From an uncultured archaeon (GTDB lineage Archaea > Asgardarchaeota > Heimdallarchaeia > Heimdallarchaeales > Kariarchaeaceae): a stretch of 30,295 bases of DNA. The notes under the pieces were generated by a model. The model did no database searches and was not told the origin of the DNA. It saw nothing but the letters and a program-made list of their open reading frames with translations. The DNA lies in assembly GCA_964645535.1 (NCBI GenBank), contig CAZYCQ010000041.1:1-30295 (forward strand), in the 5' to 3' direction. Each line of letters starts with the position of its first letter. The first letter of the stretch is position 1. A program made the translations under genes and the position numbers. Shown piece by piece: positions 9,760 through 18,725 of the stretch.

Positions 9760-10854
9760 ATGGCACCCCCTCAAGACAGTTTTGCTTCTTCAAACTTTCC
9801 CCAAGCAACCATCGCTCAAGTCAAGCGGATGTTGCATGTACTGGTGAATGACCTCTCTTTGGCAGAATCTCAGGGAATTTTCCTGTGGGGTCCGCCAGGG
9901 ATAGGAAAATCTTCTTTGGTGAAGCAGTTTGCCAAAGAAAAGGGGATGAAATTGGTTGATCTCCGTTTGCCATTGATGGATCCTGTGGACTTAAGGGGGC
10001 TTCCGATGGTCGACAAGGAATCCAAGAAAGCAGTCTGGTTGCCTCCCGATTTTCTTCCTGATGAGAATGAAGATCCGGGAGTTCTTTTCCTTGATGAAAT
10101 CAATGCCGCTCCACCAAGCGTTCAGGCTTCTGCCTACCAATTGGTTCTTGACCGACGTATTGGCAATTATAAGCTTCCTGAAGGATGGATTGTCATTGCT
10201 GCCGGGAATAGAACAACCGATCGATCAGTTGCTTATAGATTACCCACTGCACTTTCAAACAGGTTCACCCATTTTGAGATCAAGGTTGATGTTGAAGAAT
10301 GGGTAAAATGGGCTTGGGAAAATGCGATTGATCCATATGTCATTTCATTCATTCGTTTTACACCGGATCTTTTGATGAAATTTGATCCTTCAAGCAATTC
10401 CACTGCCTTTCCAACACCAAGATCGTGGGAATTTGTCTCCAAGCTTCGACCGTTGAGGGATGAGGATTTTGCCCTTTACATCAAGGCAGTCAAGGGAACC
10501 ATTGGGGATGTTGCTTCCCAACAATTCATTGTTTTCTTGAACTATCGGGATACCCTTCCAGACCCCAAGGATATTCTTGAAGGTGAACCTTATGAAATTC
10601 CAAGGCAGATTGATGCCCAATTTGCATTGATGGGTGGTCTAATCATGGAGTTGTTAATGCGGCATGAAGAGAAACATATTGAGAATTTCTTTGCGTATGT
10701 GGCTCAATATGAAGAAACTCCATATGCAGACCATGCCATTGTCCTAGTCAGGGAAGCCCTTCAAGCTCTCAGTGGTAAGGGATTGAGAGAGGTAATCACT
10801 GCAGCACCGGCTTTCAGGGCATGGATGACCCGAAATAAAAAGGCACTACTCTAA
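9760..10854 (+). CDS. MoxR-like/dynein-related AAA+ ATPase (AAA_5-type)
   Basis: Walker A LWGPPGIGKS, DPVDLRGLP, Walker B LFLDEIN, IAAGNR, arginine finger LSNRF, AFPTPRSWE. Confidence 0.9.
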   Translation: MAPPQDSFASSNFPQATIAQVKRMLHVLVNDLSLAESQGIFLWGPPGIGKSSLVKQFAKEKGMKLVDLRLPLMDPVDLRGLPMVDKESKKAVWLPPDFLPDENEDPGVLFLDEINAAPPSVQASAYQLVLDRRIGNYKLPEGWIVIAAGNRTTDRSVAYRLPTALSNRFTHFEIKVDVEEWVKWAWENAIDPYVISFIRFTPDLLMKFDPSSNSTAFPTPRSWEFVSKLRPLRDEDFALYIKAVKGTIGDVASQQFIVFLNYRDTLPDPKDILEGEPYEIPRQIDAQFALMGGLIMELLMRHEEKHIENFFAYVAQYEETPYADHAIVLVREALQALSGKGLREVITAAPAFRAWMTRNKKALL

Positions 10855-10881
10855 TTTGTTCAGTCGGGAAATCTTAAATTT

Positions 10882-11676
10882 GTGGAAGCAATAGTTTCCA
10901 TGATGCTCGATATTGTAGAGTACAGAAGGAATGAGTTTGAGGTCATCAATGAAGGGGTCAAGCCCGAATTCATTCAATTTCTCCTTACTAGGTTATGGTT
11001 TAGTCCATTAAGTGGTGTGTTGACGGTAACTTTTCTGGTAATAGCTCTGATATCCAACGATCTTTTGCTTGTATTTTTTGTTCCAGCAATCATTTTCCTT
11101 TATCTTTTTTGGAAAAGCAGTCCTTTGGATCTGATGAAGCAGGATCTTTTTGACAGAATAAGATATTACGGTTTCAGGGTTCTTTTTGATACAGAAAAAG
11201 TATTTCAAAATCTGATATCCTATACAATTATCGATTCATTGACTGGAGAGATGAAGGAGACGGAATTGAACACCAGACAGGCAGTTGGCTATCGTATCGT
11301 TGCTGTTTCGTGGGAATATGACGGCTCCCTTCCCTTGAATGACCCCGTATCCAAATGGCTCGATCAATACAATCGAAATTCCATAGTGGATCTCGGATTT
11401 CAGATTGAATTGGTCTATTCAGAGACACAACCTGGAATTCCTGTGATTGAACATGATGACCTTTTCGAAGTCTGCCAATTGATTCATCTGTTTGATGAGA
11501 TGTTCCCCAGAAAAACCTTCTTTCCACCTCAGGAAAAGGTGGTTTCCACATCTGGTAAAGTTAAATACAATCCCCTCGACAATGATTTTGTAACCGAAAT
11601 CAATGAAATGATCAATGAAACCGATCTTCCTGAGCCGTTTGACAGTTACTTCAAGAAATTTGTCTACATGGGTTGA
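10882..11676 (+). CDS. Hypothetical membrane protein (two N-terminal TM helices and an acidic soluble domain)
   Basis: 264-aa ORF co-oriented between the ATPase and ilvE. Hydrophobic hairpin at about aa 40-78. Start uncertain (GTG 10882 or ATG 10900). Confidence 0.65.
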   Translation: MEAIVSMMLDIVEYRRNEFEVINEGVKPEFIQFLLTRLWFSPLSGVLTVTFLVIALISNDLLLVFFVPAIIFLYLFWKSSPLDLMKQDLFDRIRYYGFRVLFDTEKVFQNLISYTIIDSLTGEMKETELNTRQAVGYRIVAVSWEYDGSLPLNDPVSKWLDQYNRNSIVDLGFQIELVYSETQPGIPVIEHDDLFEVCQLIHLFDEMFPRKTFFPPQEKVVSTSGKVKYNPLDNDFVTEINEMINETDLPEPFDSYFKKFVYMG

Positions 11677-11774
11677 AAAATTTGAAAAACTATACCATCT
11701 TTCCATAGATAATCAATAGCGCAAAATTGGTAATCCTTCACAGAAAGGTTTTTTACTGCTGTCAGGATTAAGTC

Positions 11775-12863
11775 GTGATGGAGTCGGTTTCACGTTCTGA
11801 CCTAATTATTGAAGAGCTTCCTCCTGAAATGATGAAGCAGAAGATTCCAGACGATCAATTGACGTTTGGAACGAATTTCACCGATCGAATGCTCCTTAGG
11901 GAATATAAGGATGGGGCATGGCAACGTGCCAGAATAATGCCCTTTCAAAATTTCTCCCTGAGTCCAGCTGCATTGGTGTTCCATTATGGTCAGGCAATTT
12001 TTGAAGGTTTGAAGGCTTTTCGCCAGCAGAACGGTCGAATTGTTCTTTTCAGACCAGACATGAATGCTGAACGAATGTACAATTCCGCCAAAAGAATGGT
12101 CATGCCACCTATTGAGAAGGATTTTTTTGTCGATAGCATCAAAACGTTAGTGAAACTGGAAAAAGATTGGGTTCCAACGAAAAAAGGAACCGCTCTTTAT
12201 ATTCGTCCTACAATGATTGCAACCGAAGCTATTCTTGGTGTACGACCATCTTCAGAATATTACTACTTTGTGATCCTTTCACCATCTGCACCTTATTTCA
12301 AGGAAGGGTTTTCTCCAACTAAAATCAAGGTTGAAGATTACTATGTCAGGGCTGCTCTTGGTGGTGTTGGTGAAGCCAAAACGGCTGGAAATTATGCAGC
12401 TTCACTCTATGCCGCCAAACTTGCCAAAGAAGAGGGGTATTCTCAAGTCCTATGGCTTGATGCCTGCAATAAAAAATACGTCGAGGAAGTTGGAGCCATG
12501 AACATAGCTTTTGTTCTTGATGACATTATTTATACAAGTCCATTAAGGGGTACTATACTTCCAGGCATCACCAGAAATTCAGTTTTGCAGTTGTCAAAGG
12601 ATTTGGGTTACAAAGTCAAAGAAGAGGCCTTGGCCATTGACACCATTGTAGAAGGAATTGAAAGCGGAGCATTGACGGAAGTCTTTGGTATGGGGACTGC
12701 CGCTATCATTGCGCCTGTTGGTGAACTGAAATACAAGGACAAGGTGCTTACCATCAATAATGGAGAAATCGGTCCCAAAACAAGAGCGCTGTACGAGGAA
12801 TTGACTGGAATACAGTATGGTTTGAAAGAAGACAAATATGGATGGATCGTTCCTGTAGAATAG
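11775..12863 (+). CDS. ilvE: Branched-chain amino acid aminotransferase (class IV PLP, long bacterial-type)
   Basis: FGTNFTDRM, FHYGQAIFEGLKA, LFRPDMNAERM, LYIRP, PLP Lys in AKTAGNYA, EEVGAMN, ILPGITR, GTAAIIAPV. Confidence 0.95.
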   Translation: MMESVSRSDLIIEELPPEMMKQKIPDDQLTFGTNFTDRMLLREYKDGAWQRARIMPFQNFSLSPAALVFHYGQAIFEGLKAFRQQNGRIVLFRPDMNAERMYNSAKRMVMPPIEKDFFVDSIKTLVKLEKDWVPTKKGTALYIRPTMIATEAILGVRPSSEYYYFVILSPSAPYFKEGFSPTKIKVEDYYVRAALGGVGEAKTAGNYAASLYAAKLAKEEGYSQVLWLDACNKKYVEEVGAMNIAFVLDDIIYTSPLRGTILPGITRNSVLQLSKDLGYKVKEEALAIDTIVEGIESGALTEVFGMGTAAIIAPVGELKYKDKVLTINNGEIGPKTRALYEELTGIQYGLKEDKYGWIVPVE

Positions 12864-12870
12864 GAAATTC

Positions 12871-13641
12871 ATGAGTTTTGGCATCGAAGGAAAATTCAAA
12901 ATAGCTAAATTTTTACGAAGAGGTCCTCGATTTGTAGGTTTTGCAGATATTGACGGTAAGGAGGTTCGTTGTCATCTTCCTAATCCCGGTCGAATGAAGG
13001 AATTTTTGACGGAAGGAGTAGACATTCTTCTTAAAATAAATGAAGGTAATTCATACAAGACAAGATACACCATGGTGGCAGTAGTTAAAGAAATTCAAAA
13101 TGAAAGGCTGGAACTTATCAATTTGAATACGCATGTTCCTGTGAAGTGGTTGTGTACCGAATTCCAAGAAACTTCCCCTTTTGGCTTCTTCAAGAATCAT
13201 CGTTGTATTCGAAAGGAGCCATCCTATGGAAATCATAGGTTTGATTTACTTCTTGAGGATCAATGGCATAATGAAATCATCTGTGAGATCAAAAGTACTA
13301 CAAAGATTATCGATGGAGTTGGATATTTCCCTGATGCGGTCAGTTCTCGTGCAACCAATCAATTGAAAACACTTTACGAAAGAGCTCAGAAAGGAGGAAA
13401 GAGTGTTGTTTTGTTCATTGTCCAATCTGATGAGGCAGATTTGGTTCGACCCGATATGGAAACAGATCCCGTTTTTGCAGAAACCATAAAAAATCTCCAA
13501 CATGAAAATTTGATTCATGTTGCTTTTACATCAACTTCCTATGTAGAATCACCTGATTTCAATGATCTATTTGCAGGAAAGATCATTTACCAACTCAAAC
13601 GTGAAATTCCTGTTAGTTTAACCGACGACAGACAAATCTAG
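12871..13641 (+). CDS. sfsA: SfsA family PD-(D/E)xK DNA/RNA nuclease (sugar fermentation stimulation protein A)
   Basis: CHLPNPGRMKE, KTRY, RFDLLL, CEIKS, FPDAVSSRA, LFIVQ, DPVFA. Confidence 0.9.
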   Translation: MSFGIEGKFKIAKFLRRGPRFVGFADIDGKEVRCHLPNPGRMKEFLTEGVDILLKINEGNSYKTRYTMVAVVKEIQNERLELINLNTHVPVKWLCTEFQETSPFGFFKNHRCIRKEPSYGNHRFDLLLEDQWHNEIICEIKSTTKIIDGVGYFPDAVSSRATNQLKTLYERAQKGGKSVVLFIVQSDEADLVRPDMETDPVFAETIKNLQHENLIHVAFTSTSYVESPDFNDLFAGKIIYQLKREIPVSLTDDRQI

Positions 13642-14506
13642 ATTGGGTGTATTTTGGCATGATCTTCATTCCGTATCTTTTTACAATATCTGGTGGAAAC
13701 GGATGGGTTCTGATGATTCGAAGGGAGTTTTGGCCTTTTAATTTCCAATAGCTAAGAAATTCATTGATCATGGCATATTGAATTTCCGGTTCAAAGGCAT
13801 GTGGCCCATAAAGCACGGCAAACCTTCTGTTTGGTGGTCCTTGCAGGAAAGACCCGCCAAAGCCTATGATCTGTCCATTAAAATCTTTTGCAACCACTGT
13901 TGATTCACTATGACCTGCCACTTGCTCAATAAGATTCATGAATTGCATTTTATCTACATAGATTGGAGAATCGATATCTAGATCCGGAAAAACCAGATAA
14001 TCGTAAATAAATTCGGCATCCCTTGGATCTACTTTTTCCAGATAGAAATTCTCAGTTAAGTTATTCATGAACCGAGTTGGAACCTTATAGACTGTCATGA
14101 TATTCTTTTCAAATTCGAAGCCCATCTTCTTAAAGGAAGCAATCAATGGCGACTGTGGATAAAGATCCGCAACAAGAACTTCTGCCTCTTCCATGGCGTA
14201 TTTTTTCCATTCCTTGATAAGAGCCTGTGAAGTATAGTCCAATTCATTGGTACTGGTCGCCTTTGTCCAAAGGTGGGTCAGATATGATTGTGTTCCGTCA
14301 TAAATCACACTGATAAATCCGTTGGGAAGTTGGGTGTCCTCGTTGATGGCCAACCACCAATCGGAATTCTCACTATCCTTGCTTTCCATGTCCTTAATCA
14401 ATGTTTCGAGCATTGGAACATCTTTCTTGTTTTCACGTAGGGCAACCTCAATTTTTGCTCGAGATGTTACATCTCTCCCTGAAAGAATATGTACTCGGAA
14501 AGCCAT
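13613..14506 (-). CDS. Hypothetical protein, probable tandem GNAT-fold (degenerate acetyltransferase-like)
   Basis: Two repeats with GNAT-like patterns: WWLAIN..NGFISV...LTHLW...SQALI...FKKMGF and VVAKDFNGQIIGFG...YAMINE...KRYGMK. The canonical acetyl-CoA motif R/QxxGxG is absent. Confidence 0.55.
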   Translation of the reverse strand: MAFRVHILSGRDVTSRAKIEVALRENKKDVPMLETLIKDMESKDSENSDWWLAINEDTQLPNGFISVIYDGTQSYLTHLWTKATSTNELDYTSQALIKEWKKYAMEEAEVLVADLYPQSPLIASFKKMGFEFEKNIMTVYKVPTRFMNNLTENFYLEKVDPRDAEFIYDYLVFPDLDIDSPIYVDKMQFMNLIEQVAGHSESTVVAKDFNGQIIGFGGSFLQGPPNRRFAVLYGPHAFEPEIQYAMINEFLSYWKLKGQNSLRIIRTHPFPPDIVKRYGMKIMPKYTQSRFVCRRLN

Positions 14507-14632
14507 TTTCTTATTAATTTATGATTTTATACCTATAAAAACATGAGTCTACGAGAAAAAAAGTGAAATTTAACAAGGAGTCTCCATCAATGCAGAAAAA
14601 TGGCTAAATAGTAAACTTGATTATTTTGATCA

Positions 14633-15259
14633 ATGGAAGAATCCCTTCATTTGCTGAATATACAAATGTCCAGCTGTATCTCCTGTGAACTCAGTAAATC
14701 TAGAACTCAGGTGGTTCCGGGAGATTATGGTCCAAAGAGGGGAATATGCTTTATTGGGGAGGGGCCGGGAAGGGATGAAGACCTTCAGGGACGTCCGTTT
14801 GTAGGACGATCTGGTAAACTTTTGGATCAGATGCTTGAAATGATCGGTTTGAAAAGAACTATGGTTAGTGTTCTGAATATCGTGAAATGTAGACCTCCCA
14901 ATAATCGGGCACCTCTTCCCCTAGAAATGCAGATTTGTGGCAGTTCTTGGTTGGAAAGACAGCTTGAACTCTTGCAACCTTCAATTATGGTCACTTTGGG
15001 TTCAGTTCCTCTTCGATATTTCTTTCCATCAAAACGAATCAGTTCAGTGAAGGGTGAGCTTTTGTTTCTGTCAGATGGAACACCTCTTTTTCCGATGTTT
15101 CATCCTGCATATATCCTTAGAAACGGTTCTCTTGCAATGGAAGAATATCGGAAGGATTTTGAAAAACTTGCGATGATTCTCTCGGTACTCAACAAGAACG
15201 AACAGAAGGAACCTGTTAAACATGAAAGACAGACTTCTCTGAAGGATTTCATTCCATGA
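14633..15259 (+). CDS. udg: Family 4 uracil-DNA glycosylase (Fe-S) with a C-terminal PIP-box
   Basis: CISCEL, RTQVVPG, FIGEGPG..ED.QGRPFVGRSG, NIVKCRPPNNR, FHPAY. C-terminal QTSLKDFI. Confidence 0.93.
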   Translation: MEESLHLLNIQMSSCISCELSKSRTQVVPGDYGPKRGICFIGEGPGRDEDLQGRPFVGRSGKLLDQMLEMIGLKRTMVSVLNIVKCRPPNNRAPLPLEMQICGSSWLERQLELLQPSIMVTLGSVPLRYFFPSKRISSVKGELLFLSDGTPLFPMFHPAYILRNGSLAMEEYRKDFEKLAMILSVLNKNEQKEPVKHERQTSLKDFIP

Positions 15260-16016
15260 GAAGATCCCAGAAAAATTCCACTGTCTGTTCAAATGATTTT
15301 TTCTGCTTCGAATCCAGATGCCGTTTAATTTCAACTAACCTTTCAAGCATATCACTTATGGCATAATCTAGCTCATCTCCATTTCCAACAAAAATTCGCT
15401 TCAATCCGTAAGTGGATGTATTTTCGATTTTTGCCATGGCCTCTTGAACAGCTGTTTTTGGATCCATTGCGTTTTCAAGTTCCATATTCGCGAAATTGGT
15501 TCTTAGATTTCCAAATTCAAGAACCACAATATTGGATTTTGGCATTTCATGACTGAGATTCTCAGCGTAGGATTCAAGCATCCATTTTGAGAGGCTATAC
15601 AACGGGTGTCCTGCTTGAAAGGAGATGCCGGCATCAGAACCACAGAATATGAGGGTGGGATGTTCATCAAGTAAATGCAGAATTTTGGTAAGGAGGGTAT
15701 TGAAACCGATAACGTTTGCCAAGAGGGTCTCGCAAAAATCTTTGACTTCACTTTGAAGCAATTTCTTTGTTGAATAAACTCCCGATGCATTGATGATGAG
15801 GTTGATACGAATGCCTTTTTTGGACAAGCTATCTGCAAACCGATCGATTGTCTGTGGATTGTTGAAATCTAGTTCAAACCCTTGTGGAACTGAATTAGAA
15901 TGAAACGTCTCAATAATATTGAATCTTTGTTTCAAGAATGTGGCAAACTCTTTTCCAATTCCTCCCGATGCTCCAATTATCAATGCATAGAGTTTTTTCT
16001 CATTCATATCTCTCAC
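15249..16016 (-). CDS. Short-chain dehydrogenase/reductase (SDR)
   Basis: IIGASGGIG, LIINASG, catalytic Ser in CGSDAG and YSLSK, GNLRTNF. Confidence 0.85.
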   Translation of the reverse strand: MRDMNEKKLYALIIGASGGIGKEFATFLKQRFNIIETFHSNSVPQGFELDFNNPQTIDRFADSLSKKGIRINLIINASGVYSTKKLLQSEVKDFCETLLANVIGFNTLLTKILHLLDEHPTLIFCGSDAGISFQAGHPLYSLSKWMLESYAENLSHEMPKSNIVVLEFGNLRTNFANMELENAMDPKTAVQEAMAKIENTSTYGLKRIFVGNGDELDYAISDMLERLVEIKRHLDSKQKKSFEQTVEFFWDLLME

Positions 16017-16939
16017 GAAGGAAATAGTAGAAGGATTCCTGTAAGCTCAAGAGGAAGTACAAGCAGAGCTACAGCAGTCAATATCACAATGACATCGCTT
16101 GTCAATTCGGTATCCATGTTGAACTTTTCTGCATAAAGACCATTATATACTGCAGGTGGGGCTCCCATCTGAATGATCAATGGAATTGCGATATAAGAGG
16201 GAAGCTGTAAAAGGATTGCCATAATCAAACCTACCAAAAAAGATACTATGAAACGGGTAATTCCAACTCGAACCACACTTTCCTTATGTCCGATCTTCAA
16301 AGAACCCAATCCAAATCCAACTGTCATCAAGGTCATGTAGATCCCGATATCGAAAAGAATGGTACCCACCAAGGAAGATGCAAACATGAAAACAAAATTT
16401 TTGTTTCCAGCAGCATTGATGATTATTCCCAAAATAATCCCCCAGATTGGCGGGAAACGAAGGATTTCTTTCAAACTCTCCTTTGTCAGATTGTATCCTG
16501 ATATCCAGAAACCAACCGTGTTTCTCATGATGATGGATACTGCAATGAAAATAGCAGCAATCCCAAGACCATCTGGAGCCAATACATAAATTATGGGGAT
16601 GGGAAAGTTCACTGCATTGGAAAATGAAGCAGTAGCGATTTCTGCGGGATCTGGTGGCTCAGTATCTTGGAGCTTGGCGATCAGTCGAGGAACAGTCAAA
16701 CCAAGTCCCGTGACCAGAAGTCCTGCCAACACCGGAAAATGCCATGCATCTGTAAGATCAACCTTCAGCATGGAGACCAAGATTAGGTAAGGTGTAAAGA
16801 CATTGATTGTCAGGTTCACAAATTGTTTGCGATACTTTGCCAATCTTGGTATTCTTATCCAAAGAACCCCAAGAAAAACTCCGATATAGATTCTGAAAGA
16901 TGCATTTAGGAGTGTTCCTGCAAGGTCAAGAAATTCCAA
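16013..16939 (-). CDS. AEC (auxin efflux carrier/malate permease) family transporter
   Basis: About 10 TM helices. NVFTPYLI, FSNAVNFPIP, FPPIWG, GAPPA..NGLYAEKF. The start codon is non-ATG in the ORF track. It overlaps the SDR start by 4 nt. Confidence 0.85.
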   Translation of the reverse strand: MEFLDLAGTLLNASFRIYIGVFLGVLWIRIPRLAKYRKQFVNLTINVFTPYLILVSMLKVDLTDAWHFPVLAGLLVTGLGLTVPRLIAKLQDTEPPDPAEIATASFSNAVNFPIPIIYVLAPDGLGIAAIFIAVSIIMRNTVGFWISGYNLTKESLKEILRFPPIWGIILGIIINAAGNKNFVFMFASSLVGTILFDIGIYMTLMTVGFGLGSLKIGHKESVVRVGITRFIVSFLVGLIMAILLQLPSYIAIPLIIQMGAPPAVYNGLYAEKFNMDTELTSDVIVILTAVALLVLPLELTGILLLFPS

Positions 16940-16952
16940 TCAACCACCAGTC

Positions 16953-17225
16953 TTACAGGTCTTTCAAAAGCTCTGCGGCTTTTTTGTGTCCTCTTTCCGC
17001 AGCTTTCTGCAACCATGTTTTCGCAGTTTCCTTGTCCCCCAATTCTAGGCTTACTTCTCCGAGTTTGAACATTCCTCCCAAATGTCCTCGTGCAGCTGCC
17101 TGTTCGAAATACTTTCTTGCTTCTTCCTTCTTGCCTTCCTGAAGTCTTTTTCTTCCAAGATTGAATATTGCCAATGGATTGCCGGTCTGTGCTAACCTTT
17201 GAAGAGTTTCCTCATCATCAAACAT
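16953..17225 (-). CDS. Small SEL1-like/TPR repeat protein
   Basis: GNPLAIFNLG...EARKYFEQAAARGHLGGMFKLG...AKTWLQKAAERGHKKA, which is about two SEL1 repeats. It has its own TTATAAA box at 17245-17251 on the - strand. Confidence 0.85.
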   Translation of the reverse strand: MFDDEETLQRLAQTGNPLAIFNLGRKRLQEGKKEEARKYFEQAAARGHLGGMFKLGEVSLELGDKETAKTWLQKAAERGHKKAAELLKDL

Positions 17226-17324
17226 GAGCTATATCTATGCTTTGTTTATAATAGGATTTTGGTTTTCATCCTACGATTGGGTCAAGGTTGCTCGATTTTG
17301 CTTGTCAGACGAAATAAATTAAAA

Positions 17325-18626
17325 TTAGACTGGTTTGAGATGCGACCACTTTTCAAGGGCTTTCCTCAGTGGTTCACTTGTCTTGGCTTTCTCTTCTAAT
17401 GAAATTCCCTCTTTCCATGCTTCAATTGCTTGGATGGTTGCGATCGCTCCTGCTTTGGTACCGTCAGGATGACCATGTATTCCTCCACCAACTTGAAGAG
17501 CCATTTCTGTTGTGTTGTAGATATTAAGGACTTCAGGTAGGATTCCCGGATGCAGGCCTCCCGAAGCAGTTGGAACCGTTTTGTTCTTTCCTGCAAAATC
17601 TTGATCAAGGAACCTTACGCCTTCTCCGGTGACTCGATCTGCAAGCAACATGTTTTTCATGTCAATTACATCCTGCTTAGGCGAATCTAGCTTACCTACT
17701 ACTGTTCCGATGTGGATGTTGTCCACTCCGATCAATCGCATTATTTTTGCAAGAAGGTACATGTTAAGACCATGGGTCTTCAATTTGGTAAAGGTTGCAT
17801 GCATTGCTCTATGCGCATGGATTGCCATATTCAGATCATGGGCGACATCCACCATGGTTTGAACAGCCGCAAATCCGGTGGTCACTACATCAACCATGAA
17901 ATACTTGAATCCATGATCATGGATAAACTGGGCTCGTTTTTCCATCTCTTTGGTTTCAGCTGTCACATTGATGAACGCATCTTTTTTGTCTCCAGTTTCT
18001 GCTTCCACTTGATCCCTTGCCTTGGCCATCTTTTCAACTCGTTCCTTGAAACGGTTGAATTTCTGATTGGTCAGGTTTTCGTCATCCTTGATACAGTCAA
18101 TTCCACCTGTCCAAGCCTCAATTGCCACTTGCACATGCTTGTCGACACTCATTCCTATCTTCGGTTTGGGTACACAGGAAGTCAAAGGACCTTCTTTTCC
18201 AAGGAAGTCCTTGAATGCTTTTGGTCCTTTGTTTGGCCCTTTCAAGCTATTGACGAATTCTTTGGGAAATTGGATGTCCACCAATCGCAATTTCTTGACT
18301 GCTTTCATTCCAAAAACATTTCCGGCCACACCGGAAAGGACTTGTGGCATATTTCCTTCCTCCCAAAGCTCTAATGGATAAGCTATCTTCACAAAGTTGC
18401 CATCTCTCCAATAGGATCTGGCTCTCAATTCAAAAATTTCCGGATCAAGCGTTTCAAGAGTTGTCCAAGTTCCGACAGAGGATTCAGAAGCAATCCTTCC
18501 AATGACATCCTCATCAGTCAATCCTTCTGCTTTTTCATAGTAAAACAATGCAATTAGATCCGAGGATTTTGGTTGGTACGAAAAGTCGATCATGTCATGG
18601 TACCATTCAATCTTTTTGTCAGTCAT
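17325..18626 (-). CDS. rbcL: Form III ribulose-1,5-bisphosphate carboxylase large subunit
   Basis: ESSVGTWT, AGNVFGMK, PKPKIG, carbamylation motif IKDDENLT, HAHRAMH, IHIGT, VGKL, ASGGLHPG and GGGIHGHPDG. Catalytic residues are intact and no rbcS is adjacent. Confidence 0.95.
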   Translation of the reverse strand: MTDKKIEWYHDMIDFSYQPKSSDLIALFYYEKAEGLTDEDVIGRIASESSVGTWTTLETLDPEIFELRARSYWRDGNFVKIAYPLELWEEGNMPQVLSGVAGNVFGMKAVKKLRLVDIQFPKEFVNSLKGPNKGPKAFKDFLGKEGPLTSCVPKPKIGMSVDKHVQVAIEAWTGGIDCIKDDENLTNQKFNRFKERVEKMAKARDQVEAETGDKKDAFINVTAETKEMEKRAQFIHDHGFKYFMVDVVTTGFAAVQTMVDVAHDLNMAIHAHRAMHATFTKLKTHGLNMYLLAKIMRLIGVDNIHIGTVVGKLDSPKQDVIDMKNMLLADRVTGEGVRFLDQDFAGKNKTVPTASGGLHPGILPEVLNIYNTTEMALQVGGGIHGHPDGTKAGAIATIQAIEAWKEGISLEEKAKTSEPLRKALEKWSHLKPV

Positions 18627-18652
18627 AGGTTAGCTCATTGTTTTCAGGCTTC

Positions 18653-18666
18653 TAATATACCTTTCT
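18653..18666 (-). promoter_or_regulatory. Putative BRE/TATA promoter of rbcL
   Basis: The - strand reads AGAAAG-GTATATTA, with the TATA-like element 27-34 nt upstream of the ATG at 18626. Confidence 0.45.
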
Positions 18667-18725
18667 AATGGGAATCGTAAATTTTCCCCCACTCCTCAGA
18701 AGAAAGAATGAAGATGAAAGTTTCC

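Noticed and set aside
16953-17225. Small gene after rbcL as a RuBisCO small subunit
   Set aside because: It is clearly SEL1/TPR-like, has its own TATA-like box, and form III enzymes lack RbcS.
17712-18374. 220-aa + strand ORF
   Set aside because: It is an antisense shadow of rbcL with no recognisable motifs.
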